The translations under genes were made by a program, and so were the position numbers. DNA of 64,000 nucleotides from Sulfolobales archaeon (GTDB lineage: Archaea; Thermoproteota; Thermoprotei_A; Sulfolobales; AG1), in the NCBI GenBank assembly GCA_038867615.1, contig JAWBYA010000003.1:32001-96000 (forward strand), read 5' to 3'. This document shows positions 53,342-63,909 of this stretch, one piece after another. Position 1 is the first letter of the stretch; every line of letters starts with the position of its first letter. The notes beneath the pieces were generated by a model. The model ran no database searches. It was not told the origin of the DNA and saw only the letters and a list, made by a program, of their open reading frames with translations.

Positions 53342-54506
53342 TAGCCCCATACTGAGGATCCTCGATAGGATTCTTTGGAACAAACTCACAATAACCTCAT
53401 CGCAGGCCATATATCTCTCTCCATTTATAAAAACCAGTCTGCATTCTAGGGGTAGAAGTGCTAGCGGGATACCGCTTGGAAGAGTCATAAACAGTGGTAG
53501 GAATATCTTCTGGAACCCGAACATCTCAATGAGCCCCCACGTGGTTGTGGTTGGACCAACAGGGTCTGGGAAAACAGAGACGCTCCTGAGCATAGCTACC
53601 AAGATGAACTCGCTCTACTCACTCACCGTGCTGATGATCGATGTTAAGGGAGATATTAGAAGTAGGCTGGAGAGGAGGGGCTATTTCTTCAATCTCATAG
53701 ATGTACCTAGAGATCCTCTGGGATCTTTATATCCATACTATATAGACACTGTTGGCAGGGCTGGACAGGTATTTGAATCCATAGTCTCCTCCTACGAGGT
53801 ACATGACGTCAGGATTCAAGCCTCTCTCTATAAGGCTATAAAGAAAGCATATGAAACAACACCACTCCCAACATGGCAGCATATTATGGCAGGGCTTGCT
53901 GACGAAGAAAACCCCGAGAGCATAATGATCTCAAGGATGTTGGATGAGATAGCGTTTCTCGACGGTGGACCGCATAATATAGGGCACTACTCACTCAGAG
54001 AAGGTATTATTAATGTGATCTCCCTAGCCGGGATCTCGAAGGAGAGGGAAGAGATGCTAAGCTACGCGATGAACATGGTGTTCCACGATATGTTGAACTA
54101 CATGTCTTCAAGAAGCATAGACCCAAAGACCATAAGGGGGGTTCTCGTAATAGATGAGGCATGGGTGCTGAGCAAACATGGGAAGAGCTCTAACAGAGTG
54201 CTAAACTTGATAAAGCTCAGCAGAGGCTATGGTCTCTCAGTCCTTCTAGCCACCCAGAGTTTCAGGGATTTTGGTGATAGCTGGGATAGGATTCTAGAAA
54301 ACACTGGAGTCCTCATAGTGCTTAATACTCCGAGCAAGAGATTCTGGATCGATGCATCCAATTTCCTGAAAATAAGCAGAGAAGCCATAGAAGATCTCAT
54401 GGTCGTACTTGGTAAAGGAGACGCGCTCATAAGAGTCCTCCCGGATCCAAGGCCTATCCCAGTATCCCTCGAAAACGATGTTGAGGAAGCAAGAGAAGGG
54501 TTCTAA
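53331..54506 (+). CDS. VirB4/HerA-like ATPase
   Basis: GIPLGR, PHVVVVGPTGSGKT, IDVKGD, LVIDEAW, SRGYG, LATQ. Confidence 0.9.
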   Translation: MGSNSPILRILDRILWNKLTITSSQAIYLSPFIKTSLHSRGRSASGIPLGRVINSGRNIFWNPNISMSPHVVVVGPTGSGKTETLLSIATKMNSLYSLTVLMIDVKGDIRSRLERRGYFFNLIDVPRDPLGSLYPYYIDTVGRAGQVFESIVSSYEVHDVRIQASLYKAIKKAYETTPLPTWQHIMAGLADEENPESIMISRMLDEIAFLDGGPHNIGHYSLREGIINVISLAGISKEREEMLSYAMNMVFHDMLNYMSSRSIDPKTIRGVLVIDEAWVLSKHGKSSNRVLNLIKLSRGYGLSVLLATQSFRDFGDSWDRILENTGVLIVLNTPSKRFWIDASNFLKISREAIEDLMVVLGKGDALIRVLPDPRPIPVSLENDVEEAREGF

Positions 54507-54728
54507 CCACGCGTCCTCCGAAGGCTATGCTGTTCTAGCTTCTATCTCAACATCTCAGTAGCTCCTCTCTATGCTCTATGTAAGCCTCTACTTATTATAC
54601 TGTGGAGCAAAAACACTACCAAGCACCCCGGCTACTGTGCTAACTACCCATAGACATATATTAAACCTGTAGATCGCCGATTAGCTATTGGAGAAAAAAA
54701 ACTATTGGTGGGACGTAACACATATTAC

Positions 54729-55208
54729 TTATAGCTCTTTGAAGAAGACGTATAGCAGGGGTTTAAAGCCCAGGCTTGTATAGAACTCAACAGCTATTTT
54801 GTTCATAGGGGGAAACTCGGCCGATATGAGTGTCACTCCCCTGGACTTAAGGATCTTTGTTAGTGATGATATTAACGCTTCACCCACGCCCTTTCTCCTA
54901 TAGCTTGGAAGCACATATAGATCTGTTATCACGCCTGCTATGAGGGGTTCGTAGAAGATTCTAGATCTGATCTCAGTCCTTATGACGCCCACCACCCTTC
55001 CCGAAGACTCAGCTACAAGGGTTATCACATCCTCCCTGCCTAGTGAATCGCTTATATATTTCCTCACAACCTCCGGCGCCTCTTGCCTCACAGTATATAG
55101 TGGGTCGAACTCCTCGTTGAGCTTTTTAAGTCTTAGAACCAGGTCTGATATTTGTTCCACATCCTCTTTCCTAGCAATCCTTATTATATATTCACTCTCT
55201 CCAGCCAT
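54729..55208 (-). CDS. GNAT acetyltransferase
   Basis: LYVLPSYRRKGVG, N..A..FY..LGF. Confidence 0.9.
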   Translation of the reverse strand: MAGESEYIIRIARKEDVEQISDLVLRLKKLNEEFDPLYTVRQEAPEVVRKYISDSLGREDVITLVAESSGRVVGVIRTEIRSRIFYEPLIAGVITDLYVLPSYRRKGVGEALISSLTKILKSRGVTLISAEFPPMNKIAVEFYTSLGFKPLLYVFFKEL

Positions 55209-55214
55209 GATATA

Positions 55215-56567
55215 TCACCATAACTCTTTTATCAAACCAGACCTCATAAGCGTCTCGTGCTTCGATCTGGAGGATATTATCTGGGTCTTAATATCCTCCA
55301 AAAGCTCTTCCCTAGAAGGCGACAACCTACTGATCCCAAGCTCTATAGCCTTAAGCCCCACTGCAAGGGCTGTCTCAACATATGCCTCCCACTCCTCCAT
55401 CGTCGGGATTATATAGTCCTCCCTAAGCCCCTTCTTCTCGGCATATCTAGCAAGGGTCTCTGCAAACACTATGGCCATCTCGTCTGTTATAGCTTTAGCC
55501 CTCACGCTGAGAACTCCTCTAAACATTGCTGGGAATACCAGGCTGTTGTTTATCTGGTTCGGGAAGTCGCTCCTACCTGTAGCTACTACCTTCGCCCCGG
55601 CCTCGCTTGCTTCCCAAGGCCATATTTCTGGGACAGGGTTGGCTAGGGCGAACACTATAGGGTCTTTATTCATATCTTTAACCCACTCTTTCTGTATCAC
55701 ATTAGGCCCTGGCCTTGATGCTGCTATAACGACATCCACACCCTTTAGGGCTTCCCTAATCCCTCCTTTCCTCCCATCCGCGTTGGTCTTTATCGCTAGC
55801 TCGTATTTCCATGGGTTCTCGAATGCAAGCTTATCTATATCATCCCTCTCGCTATGGAGTATGCCTTTTGAGTCAACCATAACGAGGTTTCCGGGCTTTG
55901 CTCCATATTTTATCAATAGATTCGCTGTTGCTATGTTCGACGCCCCCGCCCCTATCATAGCTATTGTAACATCTGAGATCTTCTTCCCAACAATCTTGAG
56001 AGCGTTTATCAGCCCAGCCAGTGTTGCTGTCGCCGTACCCTGCTGATCATCGTGCCAGACAGGAATACTGAGCTCTTTCCTCAGCCTCTCAAGCACATAG
56101 AAGCATTTAGGGCTCTCGATATCCTCTAGGTTGATGCCTCCAAACGCTGGCTCAACGCTTTTAACGATCTTTATAAACTCATCCGTGCTACTAGCCCTTA
56201 TGGGTAGTGGTACTGCATCGACACCGCCGAGGTATTTGAATAAGAGCGCCTTACCCTCCATGACTGGATAGCTTGCCTCAGGGCCTATGTTTCCGAGACC
56301 AAGTACTCTTGTTCCATCAGTCACTACTGCTATCATATTCCACCTGGATGTTAGTGTGAACGATAGATCGGGATCTCTGCTTATAGCCCTTGAGGGTTCA
56401 GCGACGCCCGGCGTGTACCATATGGCGAAATCTTCAAGCCTCTTTACAGGGACTTTGAGCGTTATCTCTATCTTTCCTCTATATACATTATGCAACTTAA
56501 GGGATAACGCATACCATTTATCGGTTAAGCCTGAGCCTTGTTTTCCTAAACCCTCACCATCAACCAT
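55215..56567 (-). CDS. NAD(P)-dependent malic enzyme
   Basis: [34 protein letters not shown]. Confidence 0.95.
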   Translation of the reverse strand: MVDGEGLGKQGSGLTDKWYALSLKLHNVYRGKIEITLKVPVKRLEDFAIWYTPGVAEPSRAISRDPDLSFTLTSRWNMIAVVTDGTRVLGLGNIGPEASYPVMEGKALLFKYLGGVDAVPLPIRASSTDEFIKIVKSVEPAFGGINLEDIESPKCFYVLERLRKELSIPVWHDDQQGTATATLAGLINALKIVGKKISDVTIAMIGAGASNIATANLLIKYGAKPGNLVMVDSKGILHSERDDIDKLAFENPWKYELAIKTNADGRKGGIREALKGVDVVIAASRPGPNVIQKEWVKDMNKDPIVFALANPVPEIWPWEASEAGAKVVATGRSDFPNQINNSLVFPAMFRGVLSVRAKAITDEMAIVFAETLARYAEKKGLREDYIIPTMEEWEAYVETALAVGLKAIELGISRLSPSREELLEDIKTQIISSRSKHETLMRSGLIKELW

Positions 56568-56658
56568 AACACGACCTCCCGTAAAAAGTACTGTAAGTAA
56601 GAACATAAGAACAAAAGTATTATTTAAAAACGATCTAGACGATTATGATCTATGACTA

Positions 56659-56841
56659 CTAGCACTCGTAATCCTCAGGAAGCTTTGCTCTGAAATACTT
56701 GCCCGTCTCAGGGCTCTTAAAGAGACCTATCTTAACCCCCTTTCTACCCTTAGGAGCTAGAGGCCATACCTTTTCAGGAGCTATTTCAATCTCTTTTCCC
56801 GTAGTTGTGTCTTTTACCTTAACCTTATTCTTGCATACCAT
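56659..56841 (-). CDS. creN7: Chromatin protein Cren7
   Basis: [37 protein letters not shown]. Confidence 0.96.
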   Translation of the reverse strand: MVCKNKVKVKDTTTGKEIEIAPEKVWPLAPKGRKGVKIGLFKSPETGKYFRAKLPEDYEC

Positions 56842-57100
56842 GATATGTCCCATAAAAATGTATACCATGAGCAATATAAAAATTACGTCAAACCCTCAAT
56901 ATGGAACGATCCATCTATATGGTGCATAGTCAAGGATCAGATCGGAGTCACACATCACTTGGTCAGAAGCGCCTCGGCTTCTTCATCAAGATCTCTTCTC
57001 CATGGGGGCTAATTAATAATAATGCTTGATTGAATTCTCCCACCCATATATCATCGATCGGTCTAAACGAGAGATATAAGCATTTTAGGTATTCCAACAT

Positions 57101-57349
57101 ATGGTGAGCCCCATAAGCGAGGCCCGCGTACTAGATCTTGAGAAGGAGGCTAAGAGGTGCGGGGGCGTTGTTGCTGCTATCCTCTCTAGCCTTAGAAAAA
57201 TAAAGAAAGGAGAGAGGCTAAGGATAAGTGCCGTAGAAGCCCAGGTGAGAGAGCTCAGCGAAGCCCTGGATCTGTTCACCAGATATGGATTGATCCAGGT
57301 GGTTGACAGAATATCTGATAGAGAGATAGTTATTGAGAAGGTGAAATAA
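57101..57349 (+). CDS. TusA/SirA-like small protein
   Basis: VLDL...C...LRKIKKGERLRI pattern; canonical CPxP absent. Confidence 0.6.
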   Translation: MVSPISEARVLDLEKEAKRCGGVVAAILSSLRKIKKGERLRISAVEAQVRELSEALDLFTRYGLIQVVDRISDREIVIEKVK

Positions 57350-57444
57350 TGCACCAACACCTAAATACAGCGGGGCCCTTGACACCCACACATGATCGGT
57401 TGTTGTGCTATTTTACACTACCCTATAACTAGGTAGGGGTTGAA

Positions 57445-58359
57445 ATGAACAAACTAGGTATAGTGGGAGCGGGTAAGTGGGGCTCAACAATAGCCACAAG
57501 AATCCATGAAACAGGTATAGCTAGTATATCTATAGTATATGATAAGGATATCGAGAGAGCACGTCTTCTCGCAGAGAAAGTAGGTGCAGCTGTAGCCAGA
57601 GATCTAGGTGACTTTGATAAACACAGAGACCTCCTAGGAATAATAGTTGCCACCTCTATAGACAGCCTAGCCCATGTATCAGCAGAGCTGATCAAGATGG
57701 GGTTCAATGTGTTAATAGAAAAGCCCGTAGCCGAAAGTCTAGATAAAGTAAGGATGCTGAGAAACCTGGCCGAAAGTAGACGTGTAGTTGCTATGCCCGG
57801 CTTTATAGTGAGATTCGATCCGATAAGCGTGTGGATCAAGAATCGTTTATCAAGAGACAAGGAATCCCCAGAAGATCTATACATACTCAGGCTAAGTAGA
57901 AGACCCCCATGGGCTAAAGCGAACAGCATCATACTAGATCTTGCAATCCACGACATAGATCTAGCTAGATATCTAATAGACAGCGACATAGATCCCGTAA
58001 GTTGGTCTATACATAACCTCGAGATAGACCAGGCATTCACAATGTATGCCAAACATAGAGGTGGTAGCGTGTTTATCAACGTAGACGGTGTTTCGAAGAA
58101 TAAGGTGAGGAAGGTTATTATCTCACTCACTAAGAGCTATCTCGAGGGCGACTATGTTAATCAATACATAATTAGCAAAAGCGAGGGTAGCGAATACGAG
58201 CACCTAAAGATCAAAGGTACAGAGGCGCTTGTGAAGGAGATAACGGCTTTTATCGATAAATGCAGAGGAGCAGATGTTGCTGAGGCACCAACACTACTCG
58301 ATGCAGAGAAAGCCCACGAAATCATCAACCGCGTGTTCTCTAGAAAAAACCATTACTAG
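57445..58359 (+). CDS. Gfo/Idh/MocA oxidoreductase
   Basis: GAGKWG, IEKP, RFDP, DLAIHDID. Confidence 0.92.
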   Translation: MNKLGIVGAGKWGSTIATRIHETGIASISIVYDKDIERARLLAEKVGAAVARDLGDFDKHRDLLGIIVATSIDSLAHVSAELIKMGFNVLIEKPVAESLDKVRMLRNLAESRRVVAMPGFIVRFDPISVWIKNRLSRDKESPEDLYILRLSRRPPWAKANSIILDLAIHDIDLARYLIDSDIDPVSWSIHNLEIDQAFTMYAKHRGGSVFINVDGVSKNKVRKVIISLTKSYLEGDYVNQYIISKSEGSEYEHLKIKGTEALVKEITAFIDKCRGADVAEAPTLLDAEKAHEIINRVFSRKNHY

Positions 58360-60278
58360 ATCCTCTCCAGAGGCTTTATACCCAGAGCCATCAATCCTTT
58401 CGCAAGAACCTGCCTTACTCCCCTCACTAGATGGAGTTTATATGCTCTAGCACCTGGATCCGGATCCCTTATAACCTGATCCTCTTGGTACCATGAGTTA
58501 AAGAGATCCGATATCCTGTTAAGCATCGAAGCTATATCCTCGGTTTTAAGCTCATCTATAGCCTTAGTAAGCTCCGTCGGTGCTCTTGAAATCTCGATCA
58601 AGAGCTGTCTTCTCCGACCCTCAGCCCCTGCTTTGAAATCAACCTCACTTAGAGGGGGTATGCTTTCAGCTTTGTTTAGAATGCTTGAAGCCCTCGCGTA
58701 GGTATACATAATATATGGTGCTGAGTTTCTCTCAAGGTTAAGTACCTCCTCAACCCTGAATACTATCTGCTTCGATGGCGAGACCGAGGCTAGAGCGTAT
58801 TTTATTGCAGAGACAGCTATTACCTTCGCTATATCCTCAGAGGTCTTTACCCCCCTCCCGCTTAGGATCTCGCTGCTCTTATTGATCGTCATCTCGATTA
58901 CCTCGTCAAGCGTTACATATCTACCTCTCCTTCCACTCATTCTCTGCCCAGGTAGCATGACCATCTCATAGCTATAGTGGATCAGGTTTGAGGCCTCCCT
59001 CTTAAATCCCAATGCATATAGCGCTAGCCTTAGCTGGGCTTGTGGGAGCATCTGTTCAGAGGCTATTATGTTTATAACATGATCCGCACCGCTTTCGGAG
59101 AACTTCTTCACGCTATACCCTATATCTCTCACTGTGTATAATGTTGTCTCATCGCTTCTCATAAGTATCAGTGGCGGGATCTCTAGGGTTCTGGGTAGTC
59201 TCAACTCCTCCCTTATATCCCTCTCCTTCAAGATCTCATCGAATACAAGGGCGGGGGCTCCTTTATAGTAGCTAAAGTACCTCGAGGATCTAGCTGCTTG
59301 TATAACCTGCTCAACAACCCCCTCCCATGCTAAGTCGCTCTCATAGTCCCAGTAATCGAAGTGGGCTCCAAGTGTTTCTAGGGTCTTTTTGAACCCAGCT
59401 ATGCATAGATCTACGGCTTTTCTAAAAGCCTTAACCACCTGAGGATCTGAGGCCTTCTCATACGAGATCATTAGCTTTGATATCTCAGCCTCGGGATCCT
59501 CGATTTTTGATAGTTTCTGAACAAGCGTGTCGAATATGGATGGATACTTGCTACTCAGTCTAGAAGCGTCTGCCATCAACTCATCAAGGATCTTTAGCTT
59601 CTCCCTATACCCCTCGGGATCCTCTTCCTTCAGCCTCTCCAGCTTTTTCTTCAGCTGGATGATCTCTATGATTGTGTTTGTCGACGCATATATATATCCG
59701 ATCCAGTGATCCTCTTTAACACCCTCAGGAGGATCAGGCATCCCGAGGAGCATAAAGCCTAGAACCATGATCGCAACCTGCCTACCCATATCGTTAATAT
59801 AGAACCTTGTGATCACCTCATGCCCCCTAAGCCTGAGCATCGATGATATAGCGATCCCGAGAGCGGCGTTTCTTCCAGAACCTATGTGGAGCGGATGCAC
59901 AGGATTTGCTGAGACATATTCCACAACATATCTCTTCGGATTATTGGTTCTCACAACACCATATAGATCCTTGAACTCCTCTATAGCGTGGAAAGTTATT
60001 TTAGAGAGTTCCTGGGTATTGATCCATATGTCGAGATACCCGGAAGAGAGCGATACCGACTCGATATACTTGTTCTTAAGGAGCTTGTCTTTAATAGTAT
60101 CGTAAATATGCTCCGGGCTAGAACCAAGCTTCTTAGAAACAGCATGGAGAGGTATAGCTATGTCTCCTAACTCGTATCTAGGCGGGATCTCGATCCTCAG
60201 ATCGTTCTCCGGGATAGATAGCTCTTTAGAGAGATCTCTCCTCACACTCTCAGCAATATATCTAAAAGGCTCGCTCAC
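58356..60278 (-). CDS. argS: Arginyl-tRNA synthetase
   Basis: SANPVHPLHIGSGRNA, NDMGRQ, MSGRRG, PYIMYTYAR. Confidence 0.97.
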   Translation of the reverse strand: MSEPFRYIAESVRRDLSKELSIPENDLRIEIPPRYELGDIAIPLHAVSKKLGSSPEHIYDTIKDKLLKNKYIESVSLSSGYLDIWINTQELSKITFHAIEEFKDLYGVVRTNNPKRYVVEYVSANPVHPLHIGSGRNAALGIAISSMLRLRGHEVITRFYINDMGRQVAIMVLGFMLLGMPDPPEGVKEDHWIGYIYASTNTIIEIIQLKKKLERLKEEDPEGYREKLKILDELMADASRLSSKYPSIFDTLVQKLSKIEDPEAEISKLMISYEKASDPQVVKAFRKAVDLCIAGFKKTLETLGAHFDYWDYESDLAWEGVVEQVIQAARSSRYFSYYKGAPALVFDEILKERDIREELRLPRTLEIPPLILMRSDETTLYTVRDIGYSVKKFSESGADHVINIIASEQMLPQAQLRLALYALGFKREASNLIHYSYEMVMLPGQRMSGRRGRYVTLDEVIEMTINKSSEILSGRGVKTSEDIAKVIAVSAIKYALASVSPSKQIVFRVEEVLNLERNSAPYIMYTYARASSILNKAESIPPLSEVDFKAGAEGRRRQLLIEISRAPTELTKAIDELKTEDIASMLNRISDLFNSWYQEDQVIRDPDPGARAYKLHLVRGVRQVLAKGLMALGIKPLERI

Positions 60279-60359
60279 AAGCTCCACAATAACCACTTTC
60301 CATAAGATGCTAAGCACTAAACCTAATAAGGAGGTAGGGGTTAGGAGCCCTGTGCATTG

Positions 60360-60462
<103 letters not shown>

Positions 60463-60576
60463 TTGCCAAGATATCTTTCGCCCCGAACCCTTATATTTGT
60501 TACAAACCTCGTTTAGCATTGTAATAAGACCCCCGGTGCGAATTAATAAAAACCCTGCTTATTTAATATATTATTG

Positions 60577-60652
60577 GCGGCGGTCGTCTAGCCTGGTCTA
60601 GGACGCCGGCCTCCCGAGCCGGCGATCCCGGGTTCAAATCCCGGCCGCCGCA
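60577..60652 (+). tRNA. tRNA-Gly(CCC)
   Basis: Cloverleaf GCGGCGG...CCGGC CT CCC GA GCCGG...GGTTCAAATCC...CCGCCGCA. Confidence 0.96.
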
Positions 60653-60817
60653 CTGAGATACTAGCCATGCTGGATACGTCTCGCCTAATTGTTTTAAGCC
60701 GGCGGTAAATAGTCCACAAGGCCCGCGTAATGGATTCCGAGAGATTGATCAACAACTTCCTAACAACGATCATTGGTTTTCCATAGAATAACGACTATAA
60801 CGGGTGGGAAAGTGTAA

Positions 60818-61237
60818 TTATTTCTTGACTGTTGTTAGATCTTGCAAGATTTCTCCCCTAAAGAGTGTGGTGAGCATTTCTGTAAGCCTTTTTCTCGTAG
60901 CTTCGCCTGTTGGTGAGAGCATGACTATCTCTGTATCTCCCTTCGGCGAGAATTCCGAGATCACTTGGAGGCAAGCGCCGCATGGAGGGATTGGTTTGCT
61001 GTGATCCGAGATCACATATACCCTTGATATTGCTCTACAACCTTCTGAGACGGCTTTAAAAACAGCCACTCTCTCAGCACATACTGAGAGACCGTATGAG
61101 GAGTTCTCCACATTAACCCCTGTATATATTCTTCCATCTTCACACATGACCGCAGATGCTACCCTGAACCTTGAATATGGGGAGTATGAGTTTTTTATCA
61201 CCTCTAAGAGGATCTTCAAGACCTCCTTCTCGTCCAC
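60818..61237 (-). CDS. cdd: Cytidine deaminase
   Basis: YSPYSRF, GVNVENSSY, CAER, PCGAC. Confidence 0.96.
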   Translation of the reverse strand: MDEKEVLKILLEVIKNSYSPYSRFRVASAVMCEDGRIYTGVNVENSSYGLSVCAERVAVFKAVSEGCRAISRVYVISDHSKPIPPCGACLQVISEFSPKGDTEIVMLSPTGEATRKRLTEMLTTLFRGEILQDLTTVKK

Positions 61238-61330
61238 ACGATCACCGTACTATTTAGATAAATCGCTAGTAATAACAATATCATCGTAGATCAAGCTATT
61301 TATTATCGCCTTGTAATATTAAATAGTGGT

Positions 61331-61417
61331 GCCGCCGTAGCTCAGCTGGGAGAGCGACCGGCTGAAGAATGCTCGGCAGAGACCGGTAGGTCCGGGGTTC
61401 AAATCCCCGCGGCGGCA
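61331..61417 (+). tRNA. tRNA-Phe(GAA) with 14-nt intron at 37/38 (61368-61381)
   Basis: Cloverleaf GCCGCCG...ACCGG CT GAA G[intron]A CCGGT...GGTTCAAATCC...CGGCGGCA. Confidence 0.94.
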
Positions 61418-61625
61418 TCTATTGTGAATAGTAATCAGCAACCCCGTAATAAGCAGAAAAACAAGCCATAATCGGTTGCTCCTGGTATTATGAGGGTTTA
61501 TGAGAACCGATACTAGATCCGCAGATATGCGAAAACCTAAGCTGAAGAAATATAATCAGAACGATGTACCCTGCTCACGATAAGGGCTACAACTACATAG
61601 AGTCCTGTTTATCGATACCCATGGA

Positions 61626-62189
61626 TTATAATTGAAAGCCTGCTTTTCTGAGCCTATGTATTATTGTTTTCATATCTTCAAATAATTGCGCAAACCTCTT
61701 GATCTCCTGGATGTTGGCCTTAAGCTCTCCGTTCTCCACTAGATCCGCATATCTAGCGAGATCTTCTACAGATTCTTCGGAACCAGCCCTTGCCTTTAAA
61801 ACTATATGTTGCTCGGGTGTTAGGATTCTCACGTTAATACTATCTAGGCTAATGATCCTTGACGCTTCTATGATCTCCGTTGGGACATAGAAGTCATAGA
61901 GAGCCTCGTAGAGATCAACTACTATCTCCTCACCCCTATTTCTAATGATCAGAGAGGGGGTTCCAAGTTCTGTAGATCCCACATCCCATCCCATTTCATC
62001 AGCAATGCTTCTCAGGCTGCTTTCAACAGATACCAGGGATCCCTCGTATATATATAGATCTACATCATCTTCAAAAACCCTCTGCCCCATAGCATAATAA
62101 ATACAGGTATTACCTATTATCACGAACCTAAGTCCTAAATCCTCTAGCTGTTTAAAGAGAAACACTAGATCTTCAAGCCTATACCCCGT
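61626..62189 (-). CDS. Nucleotidyltransferase-fold protein (probable ACG start)
   Basis: FVIIG...DDVDL...VDL...LKARAG; frame extends to an ACG after an in-frame TAA. Confidence 0.75.
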   Translation of the reverse strand, partial: TGYRLEDLVFLFKQLEDLGLRFVIIGNTCIYYAMGQRVFEDDVDLYIYEGSLVSVESSLRSIADEMGWDVGSTELGTPSLIIRNRGEEIVVDLYEALYDFYVPTEIIEASRIISLDSINVRILTPEQHIVLKARAGSEESVEDLARYADLVENGELKANIQEIKRFAQLFEDMKTIIHRLRKAGFQL

Positions 62190-62468
62190 TTATACCCCCA
62201 CGATTCATGCTCCCAAAGAGCTAATTAAGCACATCGGGCGACGCCACATGGCACATATAAATCTCCTATAATCATAGAAGGGCTTCTCTTCTGTTTATTA
62301 ACTTCTCTAAGCCTCTGCGGAGATCCTGGAGAACAATGTCTGCGGACTTGCTCTAGAAATTTAGAATGCCGTAGCCAGCTGCTTCGAGTTTCATGATGGT
62401 TTATAAGGATTGATATTAAACCCGTAGTTCTGCAGTAATGGAACATTATATAAGCCCTGTTATTCTAT

Positions 62469-62635
62469 GGGGATGCCCGCCCAACAATGAGGGTAAAAAA
62501 TAAAGACCGAGTGGGTGGGTTAAAAGAGATCCAGGATGTGGGGGTTTCCCCACAGCATTGAGCTGAGGCCGAGAAAGCCATGGGAAGAGCGGTTGATATC
62601 AAGCAATATCAACCGCTATGAAGCCCGAACCCCTA
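62469..62635 (+). mobile_element. MITE-like remnant of an IS200/IS605-type (TnpB) element
   Basis: Hairpins TGTGGGG/CCCCACA and AGCGGTTGATAT/ATATCAACCGCT; GATGTGGGG...ATGAAGCCCGAACCCC resembles crenarchaeal tnpB 3' ends. Confidence 0.5.
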
Positions 62636-62694
62636 GAAAGAAATACTCCTAATAGTAAATTCTCATAGACCGGTAATGCTTTTATACACAACAC

Positions 62695-63909
62695 ATGGCT
62701 CATAGCATAGACACTGGATTTGGCTTGAGGCTCTATCTAACCTACGTGTTCTTCATGGTATCTATAGGGCTTCTCGATGCTGTTACGATCTATAAGGCTT
62801 CTTCACAGCTAGGCGCAGATCCCATGTACCTAGGGATCCTAAGCTTCCTATGGAGTCTCTTTTATATAATATCTACAGCGGTTTTCGGCCCTCTTGGCGA
62901 TAACTATAAGATCAGAGTCCTTACAGCAATATCCTCTAGTCTCATGATCTCTTCAATGCTATCCATACTTTTTTCAGACAGCCTAAGTATAATAGCGGTT
63001 GGATATATACTCCACGCGATCGCTTCTTCAGCGGGGCATATAGCTATTTCGATCGATGTTATGGAGAACAAGGATCCCGAGGAGTGGGGGTATATAAATC
63101 ATATTTTAAAGGGCCTCTACTGGATCTTCAGGGGCGTCTTTATATACTTCTCACTAACAGCGGGTTACCAAGACCTGTTGGTGATGGCGTTAATCATTAT
63201 AGCATCTATACACCTGCTGGTTATTCCACAGGTGTTCTTTAGGAGGGCTATCTATAGGGCGGAGTTGACGTTAGAAAAGATCTATGGATCCATAGTGCTG
63301 AGAGGGCTTACAATAACATCTATACTCGAGAGAAAACCGGGTAATTTACATACCATAGAAGCGTTGTGGGGGTGGTTCAAAAGCAATGGAAACCCGCTCT
63401 TCACAGCAATATCGGCATCGATGCTTGCAATGGCATTTGAGCTAATAATAACACCATCACCACCGATACTGATTAGAGGGATGGGTTCTCAAGGGCTCGC
63501 TATGTATCTCTACACATCACCAATACTTGTGGGGCTCTCGATGCTGATTATTACTCCCTTGTTGAGAGATCCTATCCAAGTGTTTGTGAGAAGAACATCG
63601 CTAGCTATATCGATCCTATCGGGGTTCGCACTAGCGATCAGCTATAGAGATAGTAGCCATGGTATCCCTCTAGCATTTCCCCTCATAACCTTTGCACTTT
63701 CATACCAATTATCAGAGCTCGATGCTTATTATAAATACTCATCCATCACAGCTGGCTATGATATGGGGAGATACCTAGCAATCAGGGAGATCGGAGGCTT
63801 GGTTGGCGGAATTCTCTCCGGCTACATAGCTACAGTATATGGGTATATGGCTTCGATCATAGTTGGCATGATCCTAATAGTTATATCCCAGATCGTGAGA
63901 ATGCTGTGA
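62695..63909 (+). CDS. MFS-like membrane transporter
   Basis: About 11-12 TM helices; FGPLGDNYKIR motif-A-like loop. Confidence 0.75.
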   Translation: MAHSIDTGFGLRLYLTYVFFMVSIGLLDAVTIYKASSQLGADPMYLGILSFLWSLFYIISTAVFGPLGDNYKIRVLTAISSSLMISSMLSILFSDSLSIIAVGYILHAIASSAGHIAISIDVMENKDPEEWGYINHILKGLYWIFRGVFIYFSLTAGYQDLLVMALIIIASIHLLVIPQVFFRRAIYRAELTLEKIYGSIVLRGLTITSILERKPGNLHTIEALWGWFKSNGNPLFTAISASMLAMAFELIITPSPPILIRGMGSQGLAMYLYTSPILVGLSMLIITPLLRDPIQVFVRRTSLAISILSGFALAISYRDSSHGIPLAFPLITFALSYQLSELDAYYKYSSITAGYDMGRYLAIREIGGLVGGILSGYIATVYGYMASIIVGMILIVISQIVRML

